Source of the DNA: an uncultured Eubacterium sp.
GTDB lineage: Bacteria; Bacillota; Clostridia; Lachnospirales; Lachnospiraceae
Assembly (NCBI GenBank): GCA_910580075.1
Contig: CAJTVR010000067.1
Span: 1 to 24,000, forward strand
Direction: 5' to 3'
Length of the DNA: 24,000 bases
The notes below the pieces were generated by a model. The model made no database searches and had not been told where the DNA came from. It worked only from the letters and a program-made list of their open reading frames with translations. The translations under genes were made by a program, and so were the position numbers. Positions 15,960 through 24,000 of the stretch are shown here, one piece after another. Each line of letters begins with the position of its first letter. The first letter of the stretch is position 1.

Positions 15960-17747
15960 CTAGAATTTACGGAACCTTTCATAACGTTCCCTTGCAAAAT
16001 CTTCGCCGCTTTTTTCTGCCTGAGAAGACAGGTATTCTTTTAAATGTTTTTTCATATACTTCGAAATCGTATCTACTGTTACTTCGTCTGCTCCGCCAAA
16101 TTCCGGGATAATATGTTCCGTAACCTGAAGGTCATATAAATCCTGAGCCGTTATTTTCATAACCTCTGCTGCTTCCTGCGCACGGCTGCTGTCTTTCCAT
16201 AAAATCGAGGAAAAGCCTTCCGGGGACAGCACAGAATATGTTGCGTTTTCCATCATCCATACCTGGTTGCCGACTGCCAGGGCAAGCGCTCCTCCGCTGC
16301 CGCCTTCGCCAGTCATCATACAGATCACCGGCACTTTCAGAGCTGACATTTCGTATAAGTTTCTCGCAATTGCCTCACCCTGTCCTAACTCTTCTGCTTC
16401 TGTTCCGCAGAAAGCACCAGAAGTATTGACAAACGTCACAACCGGACGGTGAAATTTCTCTGCCTGTTTCATCAGACGCAGCGCTTTGCGGTACCCTTCC
16501 GGAGAAGACATTCCAAAGTTATGCTTCTGGCACTCTTCAATCGTAGTGCCTTTCTGAATACCAATCACTGTCACCGGCTGTCCGTCCAAGAGCGCAATGC
16601 CGCCTAAAACTGCCGGATCATCCTTAAACTGCCTGTCGCCATGAAACTCCATAAAACCGTCGAAAATACGGCTGATGTAATCCATGGCAGACGGGCGCGT
16701 AACCTGTCTTGCAGCTTTCACTTTGTCCCACGCTGTCCTGCTTTCTTCTTTTGCCATACGCTCGCGGCAGCGTTCATCCGGTATAACATCCATGGTTCCG
16801 GCTGTCGTAAATGCATGGAAGCTCTGCGAACTGTGATGATATTTTAAAATCCGTGCAAGTGTCTGTTTTAAGTCTCTGCGTTCCACAATCGCATCTACAA
16901 AGCCATGTTCCAGCTGAAATTCTGCCCTTTGAAAACCTTCCGGCAGCTTTTCACCGATTGTCTGCTCAATGACTCTCGGCCCCGCAAATCCGATTAACGC
17001 TGCAGGCTCTGCCAGAATAATATCTCCCAGCATTGCAAAACTTGCCGTCACTCCTCCGGTTGTCGGATCGGTCAGCACCGGGACATACAAAAGTCCTGTA
17101 TCGCTGTGTTTTTTCAATGCTGCGGATGTTTTTGCCATCTGCATAAGAGAAATAATGCCTTCCTGCATGCGTGCACCGCCGGAACAGCAGAACAAAATAA
17201 CCGGAAGACGCATCGCTGTAGCTTTTTCTACTGCACAGGCAATTTTTTCACCTACGACATGCCCCATACTGCCCATTAAGAAACGGGCATCGCAGACACC
17301 TAATACGGCAGGCTCTCCGTCTATCCTTGCATAGCCAATGGTAACGCCTTCTTTAAGTTTTGTCTTTTCCTGTATCTGTATTAATTTATCCTGATATCCC
17401 GGAAAATCCAGCGGATCTGTTTCACTGATGTCCTCAAACCACGGCTCAAATGTACCGGCATCTGCCACCATACGGATTCTGTTTTTTGTACGGACACGGA
17501 AATAATATCCGCACTCCTGACAGACATATTTATTGGCAACAGTTTCAGCTTTAGACAGGACAGCGCCGCATTTTTTACAGTGAAACGCATCCTTATCAGT
17601 ATTCGTTTCTGCGCTGAATCCTGTTTTTTTATCTGTATCCTGTGCTTTTGTATCCGGTTTTACTTCATAGTCCGGCACAGGCATATTTTCCTGTTTTAAT
17701 AAGCGTTTCTTTTCTCTTTTTTCTTTCCAGTTACGAATCCAGGTCAT
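15960..17747 (-). CDS. accDA: acetyl-CoA carboxylase carboxyltransferase, fused beta (AccD) and alpha (AccA) subunits
   Basis: 595-aa ORF. An N-terminal AccD zinc ribbon (CKKCGAVL...CQECGYY) is followed by a carboxyltransferase-beta region. The C-terminal half is AccA-like ([22 protein letters not shown]...). The ATG overlaps the fabZ stop (ATGA). Confidence 0.9.
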   Translation of the reverse strand: MTWIRNWKEKREKKRLLKQENMPVPDYEVKPDTKAQDTDKKTGFSAETNTDKDAFHCKKCGAVLSKAETVANKYVCQECGYYFRVRTKNRIRMVADAGTFEPWFEDISETDPLDFPGYQDKLIQIQEKTKLKEGVTIGYARIDGEPAVLGVCDARFLMGSMGHVVGEKIACAVEKATAMRLPVILFCCSGGARMQEGIISLMQMAKTSAALKKHSDTGLLYVPVLTDPTTGGVTASFAMLGDIILAEPAALIGFAGPRVIEQTIGEKLPEGFQRAEFQLEHGFVDAIVERRDLKQTLARILKYHHSSQSFHAFTTAGTMDVIPDERCRERMAKEESRTAWDKVKAARQVTRPSAMDYISRIFDGFMEFHGDRQFKDDPAVLGGIALLDGQPVTVIGIQKGTTIEECQKHNFGMSSPEGYRKALRLMKQAEKFHRPVVTFVNTSGAFCGTEAEELGQGEAIARNLYEMSALKVPVICMMTGEGGSGGALALAVGNQVWMMENATYSVLSPEGFSSILWKDSSRAQEAAEVMKITAQDLYDLQVTEHIIPEFGGADEVTVDTISKYMKKHLKEYLSSQAEKSGEDFARERYERFRKF

Positions 17748-18187
17748 GCGTCCGCCTCACTTCCAATTGCAAACATAATTTCTGCAGAAGCTGCCAGGTT
17801 TCCCCTGACAGATGCCGTACCCTTGCCGATACCCACCGGGCCTTTTACTTTTATAATCTCTACTTCCAGGTCAAGCACATCCCCGGGCACTACTTTCTGT
17901 TTAAATTTCGCAGACTGAATGCCTGCAAAATAAGCTGTCTTTCCTTTCATTTCCGGCTGTGACAGCATCGCTGCCGCTCCTGCCTGAGCCATGGCTTCTA
18001 TAATAAGCACGCCCGGCATAACGGGCTCTTTTGGAAAATGTCCCGCAAAAAACGGCTCGTTATAGCTGACACATTTGCGCGCCGTCACCCGTTTGCCCGG
18101 CTCTAATTCTTCGATTGTGTCCAGCAGCATAAATGGCTGTCTGTGCGGAATGATTTCCATAATCTGTGATGCATTTAATAAAGACAT
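17744..18187 (-). CDS. fabZ: 3-hydroxyacyl-ACP dehydratase
   Basis: 147-aa ORF with the motif [31 protein letters not shown] lies upstream. Confidence 0.93.
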   Translation of the reverse strand: MSLLNASQIMEIIPHRQPFMLLDTIEELEPGKRVTARKCVSYNEPFFAGHFPKEPVMPGVLIIEAMAQAGAAAMLSQPEMKGKTAYFAGIQSAKFKQKVVPGDVLDLEVEIIKVKGPVGIGKGTASVRGNLAASAEIMFAIGSEADA

Positions 18188-18306
18188 CTGTTTTCCTCCA
18201 CTATTACTCTGTCTGCCATAAAGTGTTTTTCTATAGCTCCTGGCAGATACGTTCTGCCAGCTTTCCAGAACCGTCCGGACTCCTGCGCTGCTGCCGCTGA
18301 AAATTC

Positions 18307-19542
18307 TCAGTCTTCATATTTCGATACGGCAAGCGTTGCGTTATGTCCGCCGAATCCGAGGGAATTTGTCAGTGCATGGCGCACTTCTTCGTGATATGGT
18401 TCTTTACAGTAATCCAGATCCAGCTCCTCATCCGGTGTCGTATATCCTACAGTGGCATGAATATAGCTGTCCTGTATCTCTTTTACACAGGTGATAAATT
18501 CTACTGCCCCGGCTGCGCCTAACAGATGGCCGATCAGGGATTTTGTGGAATTGATATGTATTTTACCTGCATGGCTGCCGAATGCCAGCTTCACCGCCCT
18601 TGTCTCAAACAGGTCATTATGGTGCGTCGCCGTTCCATGCGCATTAATGTAAGTAATATCTTCCGGTACAAGTCCTGCATCGTTCATAGCATTTGTCATT
18701 GCTCTTGCTGCCCCCGCTCCGTCTTCTGCCGGAGAGGTGATATGATATGCATCCGAAGAACATCCGTATCCTGTGATTTCGGCATAAATTCTGGCCCCGC
18801 GTTTTTTTGCGTGTTCCAGTTCTTCTAAAATAACAATACCTGCGCCTTCGCCCATAACAAACCCGCTGCGGTTTTTATCAAACGGAAGGGAGCAGCGGGC
18901 CGGATCATCTTCCAGTGAAAGTGCTGTCAGTGAAGTAAATCCGGCAATTCCAAGCGGAGTCACACATCCTTCGCAGCCGCCTGCTACCATAATGTCTGCA
19001 TCCCCGTACTGTATCGTACGGAACGCTTCTCCAATACTGTTCGTTCCGGTTGCACAGGCAGTGACAGCATTCATGCTCTTTCCTTTTAATCCGTATGCAA
19101 TCGACACATTGCCGGATGCCATATTCGAAATCATCATAGGTACAAACAGCGGATTTGTTCTGGACGGCCCTTTTTCCAGCAGTTTTTTATGTTCCCGCTC
19201 AATCGCCTGCAGACTGCCGATTCCGGAACCGATGATGCATCCGGCCCGGTAAGCATCCTCTCTGTCCATATCAATCCCTGCATCTACCATCGCTTCTTTT
19301 GCGGCTGCCATTGCGTACTGGCTGAACAGTTCCATGCGTTTCGCGGATTTAAAATCCATATAATTTTTACCGTCAAATCCTTTGACTTCCGCTGCCAGAT
19401 GACATTTGTATTCTGATGCGTCAAAATGTGTAATAGGTGCAAATCCGATTTTCTGCTCTTTCACTGAATTCCAGAACTCTTCTACATTTAATCCAATCGG
19501 TGTAACTGCACCCATTCCCGTTACTGCTACTCTCCGTTTCAT
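18307..19542 (-). CDS. fabF: 3-oxoacyl-ACP synthase II
   Basis: The active-site Cys (VTACATGTNSIGEA), His (NAHGTATHHND) and GHLLGAAG are present. I moved the start to the ATG at 19542 (MKRRVAVTGMGAVTPIG), preceded by GAGGAGG. The 27 extra N-terminal residues in the track lack support. Confidence 0.93.
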   Translation of the reverse strand: MKRRVAVTGMGAVTPIGLNVEEFWNSVKEQKIGFAPITHFDASEYKCHLAAEVKGFDGKNYMDFKSAKRMELFSQYAMAAAKEAMVDAGIDMDREDAYRAGCIIGSGIGSLQAIEREHKKLLEKGPSRTNPLFVPMMISNMASGNVSIAYGLKGKSMNAVTACATGTNSIGEAFRTIQYGDADIMVAGGCEGCVTPLGIAGFTSLTALSLEDDPARCSLPFDKNRSGFVMGEGAGIVILEELEHAKKRGARIYAEITGYGCSSDAYHITSPAEDGAGAARAMTNAMNDAGLVPEDITYINAHGTATHHNDLFETRAVKLAFGSHAGKIHINSTKSLIGHLLGAAGAVEFITCVKEIQDSYIHATVGYTTPDEELDLDYCKEPYHEEVRHALTNSLGFGGHNATLAVSKYED

Positions 19543-19664
19543 TCTTACCTCCTCATTCCATATGCAGGACTCCCTGCTTTCTAATATGCCGGCTGTCTGC
19601 AGAACCGGATGCCTGCCAGGCACATCCCCGTCTGCACTGCCATAACATATCCCATAACCGGCGG

Positions 19665-20405
19665 CTACATCGCCATTCCTCCATCTGCACTGATCACCTG
19701 TCCGGTCAGATAGGACGACATATCCGATGCCAGAAACAGCACGGTGTCTGCGATTTCTTCCGGCGCTGCCGCACGGCCCAGCGGAATCTGTGCCAGCATC
19801 TGCTCTTTTACTTTATCAGGCAGATTCTCAGTCATTTCAGTCTGTACATACCCAGGCGCAATGGCATTCACTAAAATTCCGCGGGATGCCAGTTCTCTCG
19901 CCGTACTCTTTGTCAGCCCGATTACCCCTGCCTTGGACGCACTGTAATTTGCCTGCCCTGCATTTCCTAAAATACCGGAAACGGAAGTAATATTGATAAT
20001 CCTGCCGCTGCGCTGTTTTAACAGATATCTGGAAGCATGGCGGATTGTGTTAAACGTCCCTTTCAGATTGACATCCAGCACACGGTCATAATCTTCTTCG
20101 GACATTTTCATTAATAATCCGTCTTTTGTAATTCCTGCATTATTGACAAGAATATCCAGCTTGCCGCTTTTTTTAATGATCGTCTCTATCATCTTCGCAC
20201 ATGCCTGAAAATCGGCCACATTGCACTGCACAGTCTCAGCCATGCCGCCATTTTGTATGATTTCAGCAGCTGCCGCTTCAGCCGCTTCTTTGGAACCATT
20301 GTAATTTAAATAAACATATGCGCCATGCTGTCCCAGTTTTTTAGCTGCAGCACATCCGATTCCTCTTCCGGCACCTGTCACCAGTGCGATTTTACCTGTT
20401 AACAT
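19665..20405 (-). CDS. fabG: 3-oxoacyl-ACP reductase
   Basis: SDR motifs TGAGRGIG and YSASKAG are present. I placed the start at the ATG at 20405 (MLTGKIALVTG), preceded by GGAGG. The track's TTG at 20432 would overlap fabD by 41 nt. Confidence 0.93.
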   Translation of the reverse strand: MLTGKIALVTGAGRGIGCAAAKKLGQHGAYVYLNYNGSKEAAEAAAAEIIQNGGMAETVQCNVADFQACAKMIETIIKKSGKLDILVNNAGITKDGLLMKMSEEDYDRVLDVNLKGTFNTIRHASRYLLKQRSGRIINITSVSGILGNAGQANYSASKAGVIGLTKSTARELASRGILVNAIAPGYVQTEMTENLPDKVKEQMLAQIPLGRAAAPEEIADTVLFLASDMSSYLTGQVISADGGMAM

Positions 20406-21306
20406 AAGCCTCCAAATCCTCCGGTTTTTCAATATGGTACACGGATACCTCTTTGTTAATTTTCTTCATAAATCCGCTCAGTGTCCTGCCTGGCCCGATT
20501 TCTACAAATTCGTCTGCACCCTGACTGATTAACATCTCTATGCTCTGCTGCCAGCGCACCGGAGAAGATACCTGTTTTTCCAGCAGCCCTTTGATTTTAT
20601 TGTAATCCGTCACAAAATCTGCAGTTACATTAGATACATATGGAACGGTAATTTCACGGATCATTACACCGGCTAATTCTTCTGCCAGTTTTGTGCCGGC
20701 TTCTTCCAGCATTTTAGAATGGAACGGGCCGCTTACCTTTAACGGCAGAATCCGCTTTGCCCCGGCTGCTTTACATGCTTCTCCCGCTGCCTGAACAGCT
20801 GCCAGTTCTCCGGTAATTACAATCTGTCCCGGACAGTTATAATTTGCCACTGATACAATTCCGTCAGTCTGTTCACAAGCCTTTTCAATCGCGTCTGCAT
20901 CCAGGCCGGTCACAGCTGCCATGGCTCCGCCCTGCGGTACTGCTTCCTGCATATAAATGCCGCGTTTTCTTACAACACGGAATGCATCTGCCGGATCTAA
21001 CGCTTTTGAAACAATCAGAGCGCCATATTCTCCAAGGCTTAAGCCTGCTGCATAATCAGGCCGCAGATTTGCCTGCTCCATTGCCATATAAATAGCTGTC
21101 TCTGCTGTCAGCATCGCAATCTGTGTATATTCCGTTATATTGATCTTTTCGTTTTCTTCAAAACACAGTGCCGCAATATCTAAGCCAGTCACACTGGAAG
21201 CCTGGTCAAAAACTGCCCGGCAGATCTGATAGCGGTCATAAAATTCTTTTCCCATTCCAGTATACTGTGCTCCCTGACCAGGAAACATATAGACTGTTTT
21301 TCCCAT
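20392..21306 (-). CDS. fabD: malonyl-CoA:ACP transacylase
   Basis: 304-aa ORF with FPGQGAQYTGMG and the active-site GLSLGEY. Confidence 0.93.
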   Translation of the reverse strand: MGKTVYMFPGQGAQYTGMGKEFYDRYQICRAVFDQASSVTGLDIAALCFEENEKINITEYTQIAMLTAETAIYMAMEQANLRPDYAAGLSLGEYGALIVSKALDPADAFRVVRKRGIYMQEAVPQGGAMAAVTGLDADAIEKACEQTDGIVSVANYNCPGQIVITGELAAVQAAGEACKAAGAKRILPLKVSGPFHSKMLEEAGTKLAEELAGVMIREITVPYVSNVTADFVTDYNKIKGLLEKQVSSPVRWQQSIEMLISQGADEFVEIGPGRTLSGFMKKINKEVSVYHIEKPEDLEAYVNR

Positions 21307-21368
21307 ATCTGCTGTTATCCGCCTTTCTTTTTCTCTGTTTTTATAAATCTTCTACAAAATGAATTTGT

Positions 21369-22292
21369 TTACAGTTTCAGCAGTTTTTCTGCCTGGCCGA
21401 TAATTTCGTCAATAATTTCCCTGCATGTATTTTCCTGTCTTACAAGTCCTGCAATCTGCCCGGCCATCAGGCTGCCGCCTTTTACATCTCCGTCCATAAC
21501 CGCTTTGCGCAGGGAACCGAGAGTCAGGGTCTCTAATTCTTCAAAAGAAGCTCCCGCTTTTTCCATTTTCAGATAATCACGGCTCATCTGATTGCGGAGT
21601 ACGCGAATCGGATGTCCTGTGGATCGTCCGGTTACTTCTGAATCAATATCTTTTGCTTTCACAATACGTTCTTTATAATTTTTATGCGCAATAGATTCTG
21701 CTGCTGTTACAAACCTCGTACCCATCTGAACGGCCTCAGCTCCTAACATAAATGCCGCCGCAAATCCTCTGGCATCCGCAATTCCTCCGGCTGCAATGAC
21801 TGGTATCTGCACCGCATCCACAGTCTGGGGTACAAGCGCCATTGTCGTCAGTTCTCCGATATGTCCGCCTGACTCCATGCCTTCTGCTACAACCGCATCC
21901 GCCCCGGCCCTTTCCATCAGTTTTGCCATTGCCGCACTGGCGATTACCGGTATTACTCTGACTCCGGCTTCTTTCCACATCGGTATAAACTTACCTGGAT
22001 TTCCGGCACCCGTAGTAACCACCGGCACGCCTTCTTCTACAACGACTCTGGCTACTTCCGCTGCATTCGGATTCATCAGCATGACATTCACGCCAAACGG
22101 CCGGTCCGTCAGCCTCTTTACCTCACGAACCTGTTCGCGTACAACTTCAGGCGGCGCACTGGCTGCCCCGATAATTCCAAGCCCGCCGGCACTGGATACT
22201 GCTGCCGCTAAGTGATATTCCGCAACCCATGCCATGCCGCCCTGTATAATCGGATATTCGATTCCTAAAAGTTCTGTAATTCTGGTTTTCAT
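21369..22292 (-). CDS. fabK: enoyl-ACP reductase II (FMN-dependent, nitronate monooxygenase fold)
   Basis: 307-aa ORF starting MKTRITELLGIEYPIIQGGMAWV, with glycine-rich FMN-binding segments. It sits between acpP and fabD, as in streptococcal and clostridial fab clusters. Confidence 0.9.
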   Translation of the reverse strand: MKTRITELLGIEYPIIQGGMAWVAEYHLAAAVSSAGGLGIIGAASAPPEVVREQVREVKRLTDRPFGVNVMLMNPNAAEVARVVVEEGVPVVTTGAGNPGKFIPMWKEAGVRVIPVIASAAMAKLMERAGADAVVAEGMESGGHIGELTTMALVPQTVDAVQIPVIAAGGIADARGFAAAFMLGAEAVQMGTRFVTAAESIAHKNYKERIVKAKDIDSEVTGRSTGHPIRVLRNQMSRDYLKMEKAGASFEELETLTLGSLRKAVMDGDVKGGSLMAGQIAGLVRQENTCREIIDEIIGQAEKLLKL

Positions 22293-22296
22293 GATA

Positions 22297-22418
22297 CTTC
22301 CGCCTTATTCTGTCACATCAGGCTTTTTAATTTCTGCCTTACTGCCACATTATTTTTCATGTTCTGCCTTATTCTGTTTCATCAGACACTTTTATGTTCT
22401 GTCTTACTCTGTCACATT
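22297..22418 (-). repeat. four tandem copies (32-35 nt period) of the acpP-stop / fabK-SD junction motif
   Basis: The minus-strand units are AATGTGACAGAGTAAGACAGAACAT, GATGAAACAGAATAAGGCAGAACAT, AATGTGGCAGTAAGGCAGAAATT and GATGTGACAGAATAAGGCGGAAGTAT. They start at 22418, 22383, 22351 and 22319. The first overlaps the acpP stop codon and the last ends at the fabK ATG. Confidence 0.85.
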
Positions 22419-22634
22419 ATGCTCTTTTAAGTAGTTCATCACATCGCCGACAGTAGTTACATTTTCCAGATCTTCAGATGGAATTTCTATACCGAATTCT
22501 TCTTCCAGCGCCATAACCAGCTCAAAAATGTCCAGTGAATCTGCACCCAGGTCGTCTTTAAAGGAAGTTGCTTCTGTAATGGCTGTATCTGTATTTAACT
22601 GCTCTTTTACGATTTCTGCGATTTTTTCTAACAT
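22404..22634 (-). CDS. acpP: acyl carrier protein
   Basis: 76-aa acidic ORF with the phosphopantetheine attachment motif [17 protein letters not shown] lies upstream. It is the first gene of the fab operon. Confidence 0.95.
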   Translation of the reverse strand: MLEKIAEIVKEQLNTDTAITEATSFKDDLGADSLDIFELVMALEEEFGIEIPSEDLENVTTVGDVMNYLKEHNVTE

Positions 22635-22693
22635 TTGCTTTCTCCTTGTTTTTCGGAATTTTAGATTATTGGATTATTGTTTGAGAGTCGAAT

Positions 22694-22710
22694 TGTTTGA
22701 TTATCAAATT
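22694..22710. promoter_or_regulatory. FabT-like operator palindrome in the acpP leader
   Basis: TGTTTGATTATCAAATT has a perfect core TTTGAT-T-ATCAAA. It matches 14/17 to the streptococcal FabT box AGTTTGACTGTCAAATT as I recall it. It lies about 17-33 nt downstream of the -10 hexamer. Confidence 0.5.
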
Positions 22711-22726
22711 ATTTGGCTCTGAGGCA

Positions 22727-22755
22727 ATCATAGTACTGCCGGGAAAATTTGTCAA
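22727..22755 (-). promoter_or_regulatory. putative SigA-type promoter of the fab operon
   Basis: On the minus strand: TTGACA (rc of 22750-22755), a 17-nt spacer, then TATGAT (rc of 22727-22732). This is about 90 nt upstream of the acpP ATG. Confidence 0.65.
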
Positions 22756-22960
22756 GACGAAAATATGGAAATTTTTTGCTGGGAGTGAATGCCCGTAACA
22801 GCTCAGCTTGTCTGTACGGTTACGAACACCCGGAAATTCTGCATCAGGCAGACCTGCCCCTGGCAGAACAGAGCTGTCTTTATAATGTATGCTTCAATCA
22901 GAAATCTTACAGTACCGGGCCGCACTGCAGCCTGTATATGCTATGAGGTTTAAAAACTGC

Positions 22961-22990
22961 TTGACTTGCCTGTAAGCACAGGAATATACT
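22961..22990 (+). promoter_or_regulatory. putative SigA-type promoter of the metallophosphoesterase gene
   Basis: TTGACT (22961-22966), an 18-nt spacer, then TATACT (22985-22990). This is about 125 nt upstream of the ATG at 23116. Confidence 0.5.
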
Positions 22991-23115
22991 CATAGAAATA
23001 ACTGGCAGAAAACAAATCTGAAACTCTGGTTTCTATCCTGACAGGGCGGTATTTACAGCTACTGCAGAAATGCAAATAAAACTATTAACATGCAAATAGA
23101 AAGGATACGGCAGCA

Positions 23116-24000
23116 ATGGCCATTTTTCTCATTTTATCAGGAGTTTTAATGACACTGTGCGGGATTTATCTATACATCATAATACAAAGGTTTCTGAGCA
23201 TGTTTCCGGCAGGAGGAAAAACATGGCTGAAGAAAATGACTGCAGCTGTTACAGCGCTGCTGCTTGTGCTCAGTTCGCTAAATCTGTTTGGAACCGGAGC
23301 ACTGCTTGTGCTGCATTTTATCGCTGCTTCAGCTGTAACGGATCTTGTCCGGCTGCTGGTGAAAAAAGCTGGATACAGAATTCCTGATCTATGGGACAGG
23401 CTGTACCGCTGCAGCGTCCCGGCACTTGTGATTACCTCTGCGATCATGGGGTATGCATATGTGAACATGCATCACATAATCGTTACAAAATATGAAGTAC
23501 CTGTAGAAAAAGAAATACGCGAAGAAGGATACCGGATTGTATTTCTGTCAGATCTGCATTTCGGGACAACCATGAACCAGGAAAAACTGCTGGAACTCTG
23601 CAGTCGCATGGAAGCGGAACATCCTGACCTGGTAGTGCTCGGAGGCGATATTGTAGATGAAGCGACATCTTTGAAAGAAGTAAAACAGGCATTCCAGGCT
23701 CTCGCGCAGATTCAGAGTACATACGGAACGTATTATGTATACGGCAATCATGACAAAGGCCGGTATGCCGAAGACTGCGAGTTTACAGCGGCAGGCCTTA
23801 CAGAAGCAGCCAGGAATGCAGGCGTATACATCCTTGAAGATGATACTGTGATGCCGAATGAAGAATTATCAATATCCGGACGGCGTGACCGGTCTGACGC
23901 TGTTATGGAAAAAATCCCCAGACAGGATTCCGCGGCACTTTTAGACGGTATCCCGCAGACTGCCGTTCACATTATAGCAGACCACCAGCCCCGGGATATG
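23116..24000 (+). CDS. membrane-anchored calcineurin-like metallophosphoesterase (3' end outside the window)
   Basis: This ORF is absent from the track because it has no stop in the window. The frame is open from the TAA at 23086-23088 to nt 24000, and the first ATG is at 23116. The N-terminus has hydrophobic helices (MAIFLILSGVLMTLCGIYLYIII, AAVTALLLVLSSLNLFGTGALLVLHFIAA). Phosphoesterase motifs follow: FLSDLHFG, LGGDIVD and YGNHD. Confidence 0.85.
   Translation, partial: MAIFLILSGVLMTLCGIYLYIIIQRFLSMFPAGGKTWLKKMTAAVTALLLVLSSLNLFGTGALLVLHFIAASAVTDLVRLLVKKAGYRIPDLWDRLYRCSVPALVITSAIMGYAYVNMHHIIVTKYEVPVEKEIREEGYRIVFLSDLHFGTTMNQEKLLELCSRMEAEHPDLVVLGGDIVDEATSLKEVKQAFQALAQIQSTYGTYYVYGNHDKGRYAEDCEFTAAGLTEAARNAGVYILEDDTVMPNEELSISGRRDRSDAVMEKIPRQDSAALLDGIPQTAVHIIADHQPRDM

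Noticed and set aside
22749-22946. 65-aa TTG-start plus-strand ORF in the acpP / phosphoesterase divergent region
   Set aside because: Its start lies inside the -35 box of the fab promoter on the other strand. It has no SD and no recognisable motif.
23166-23751. Three minus-strand ORFs (67-100 aa) and the GTG-start 76-aa plus-strand ORF at 23157-23387
   Set aside because: All overlap the well-supported metallophosphoesterase reading frame (23116 to the window end), which carries the DxH / GDxxD / GNHD motifs.
1-24000. Search for CRISPR arrays, tRNA/rRNA genes, IS or transposon ends, integrases, prophage genes, toxin-antitoxin pairs or defence-system genes
   Set aside because: None were found. 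Every ORF over about 140 aa has a confident housekeeping-type assignment, except the YjjI-like protein. The repeats present do not have CRISPR-like spacing or the terminal inverted repeat plus transposase architecture.

Overview
This 24-kb window looks like ordinary core chromosome of a Clostridia/Lachnospiraceae-like Firmicute. That assignment is inferred only from gene content, strong GGAGG-type Shine-Dalgarno (SD) sites and operon layout. Left to right, it contains six blocks. (1) A minus-strand nucleoside-salvage operon, udp-cdd-deoB, ending in a Crp/Fnr-family regulator. (2) A 1,010-nt ORF-free gap holding a complex nested inverted/direct repeat. (3) A divergent pair: a YjjI-family glycyl-radical-enzyme-like gene (minus) and a cytoplasmic GH13 alpha-amylase-family gene (plus) with a long low-complexity tail. 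An aldo/keto reductase fused to a 2x[4Fe-4S] domain follows. (4) A minus-strand riboflavin operon, ribD-ribE-ribBA-ribH, behind a clear FMN riboswitch; its RibD carries an unusual 93-aa repeat tail. (5) A stand-alone 68-aa gene. (6) A minus-strand type II fatty-acid synthesis operon, acpP-fabK-fabD-fabG-fabF-fabZ-accDA-fabH-marR(fabT-like), with a SigA-type promoter and a FabT-like palindrome. The window ends in a partial membrane metallophosphoesterase gene that the ORF track misses because it runs off the end. I found no tRNA, rRNA, CRISPR array, transposase, integrase, toxin or recognisable defence gene, so I cannot support a claim of a novel multi-gene system here. What deserves a second look is smaller: the permuted inverted repeat at 3556-3941; a shared hairpin module bracketing the yjjI-like/amylase pair; the activase-less YjjI homolog; the repeat tails on RibD and the amylase; a four-fold amplified acpP/fabK junction motif that recurs elsewhere in the fab operon; and the accB/accC-less fab cluster. 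All coordinates and identity counts were derived by hand from the printed sequence.
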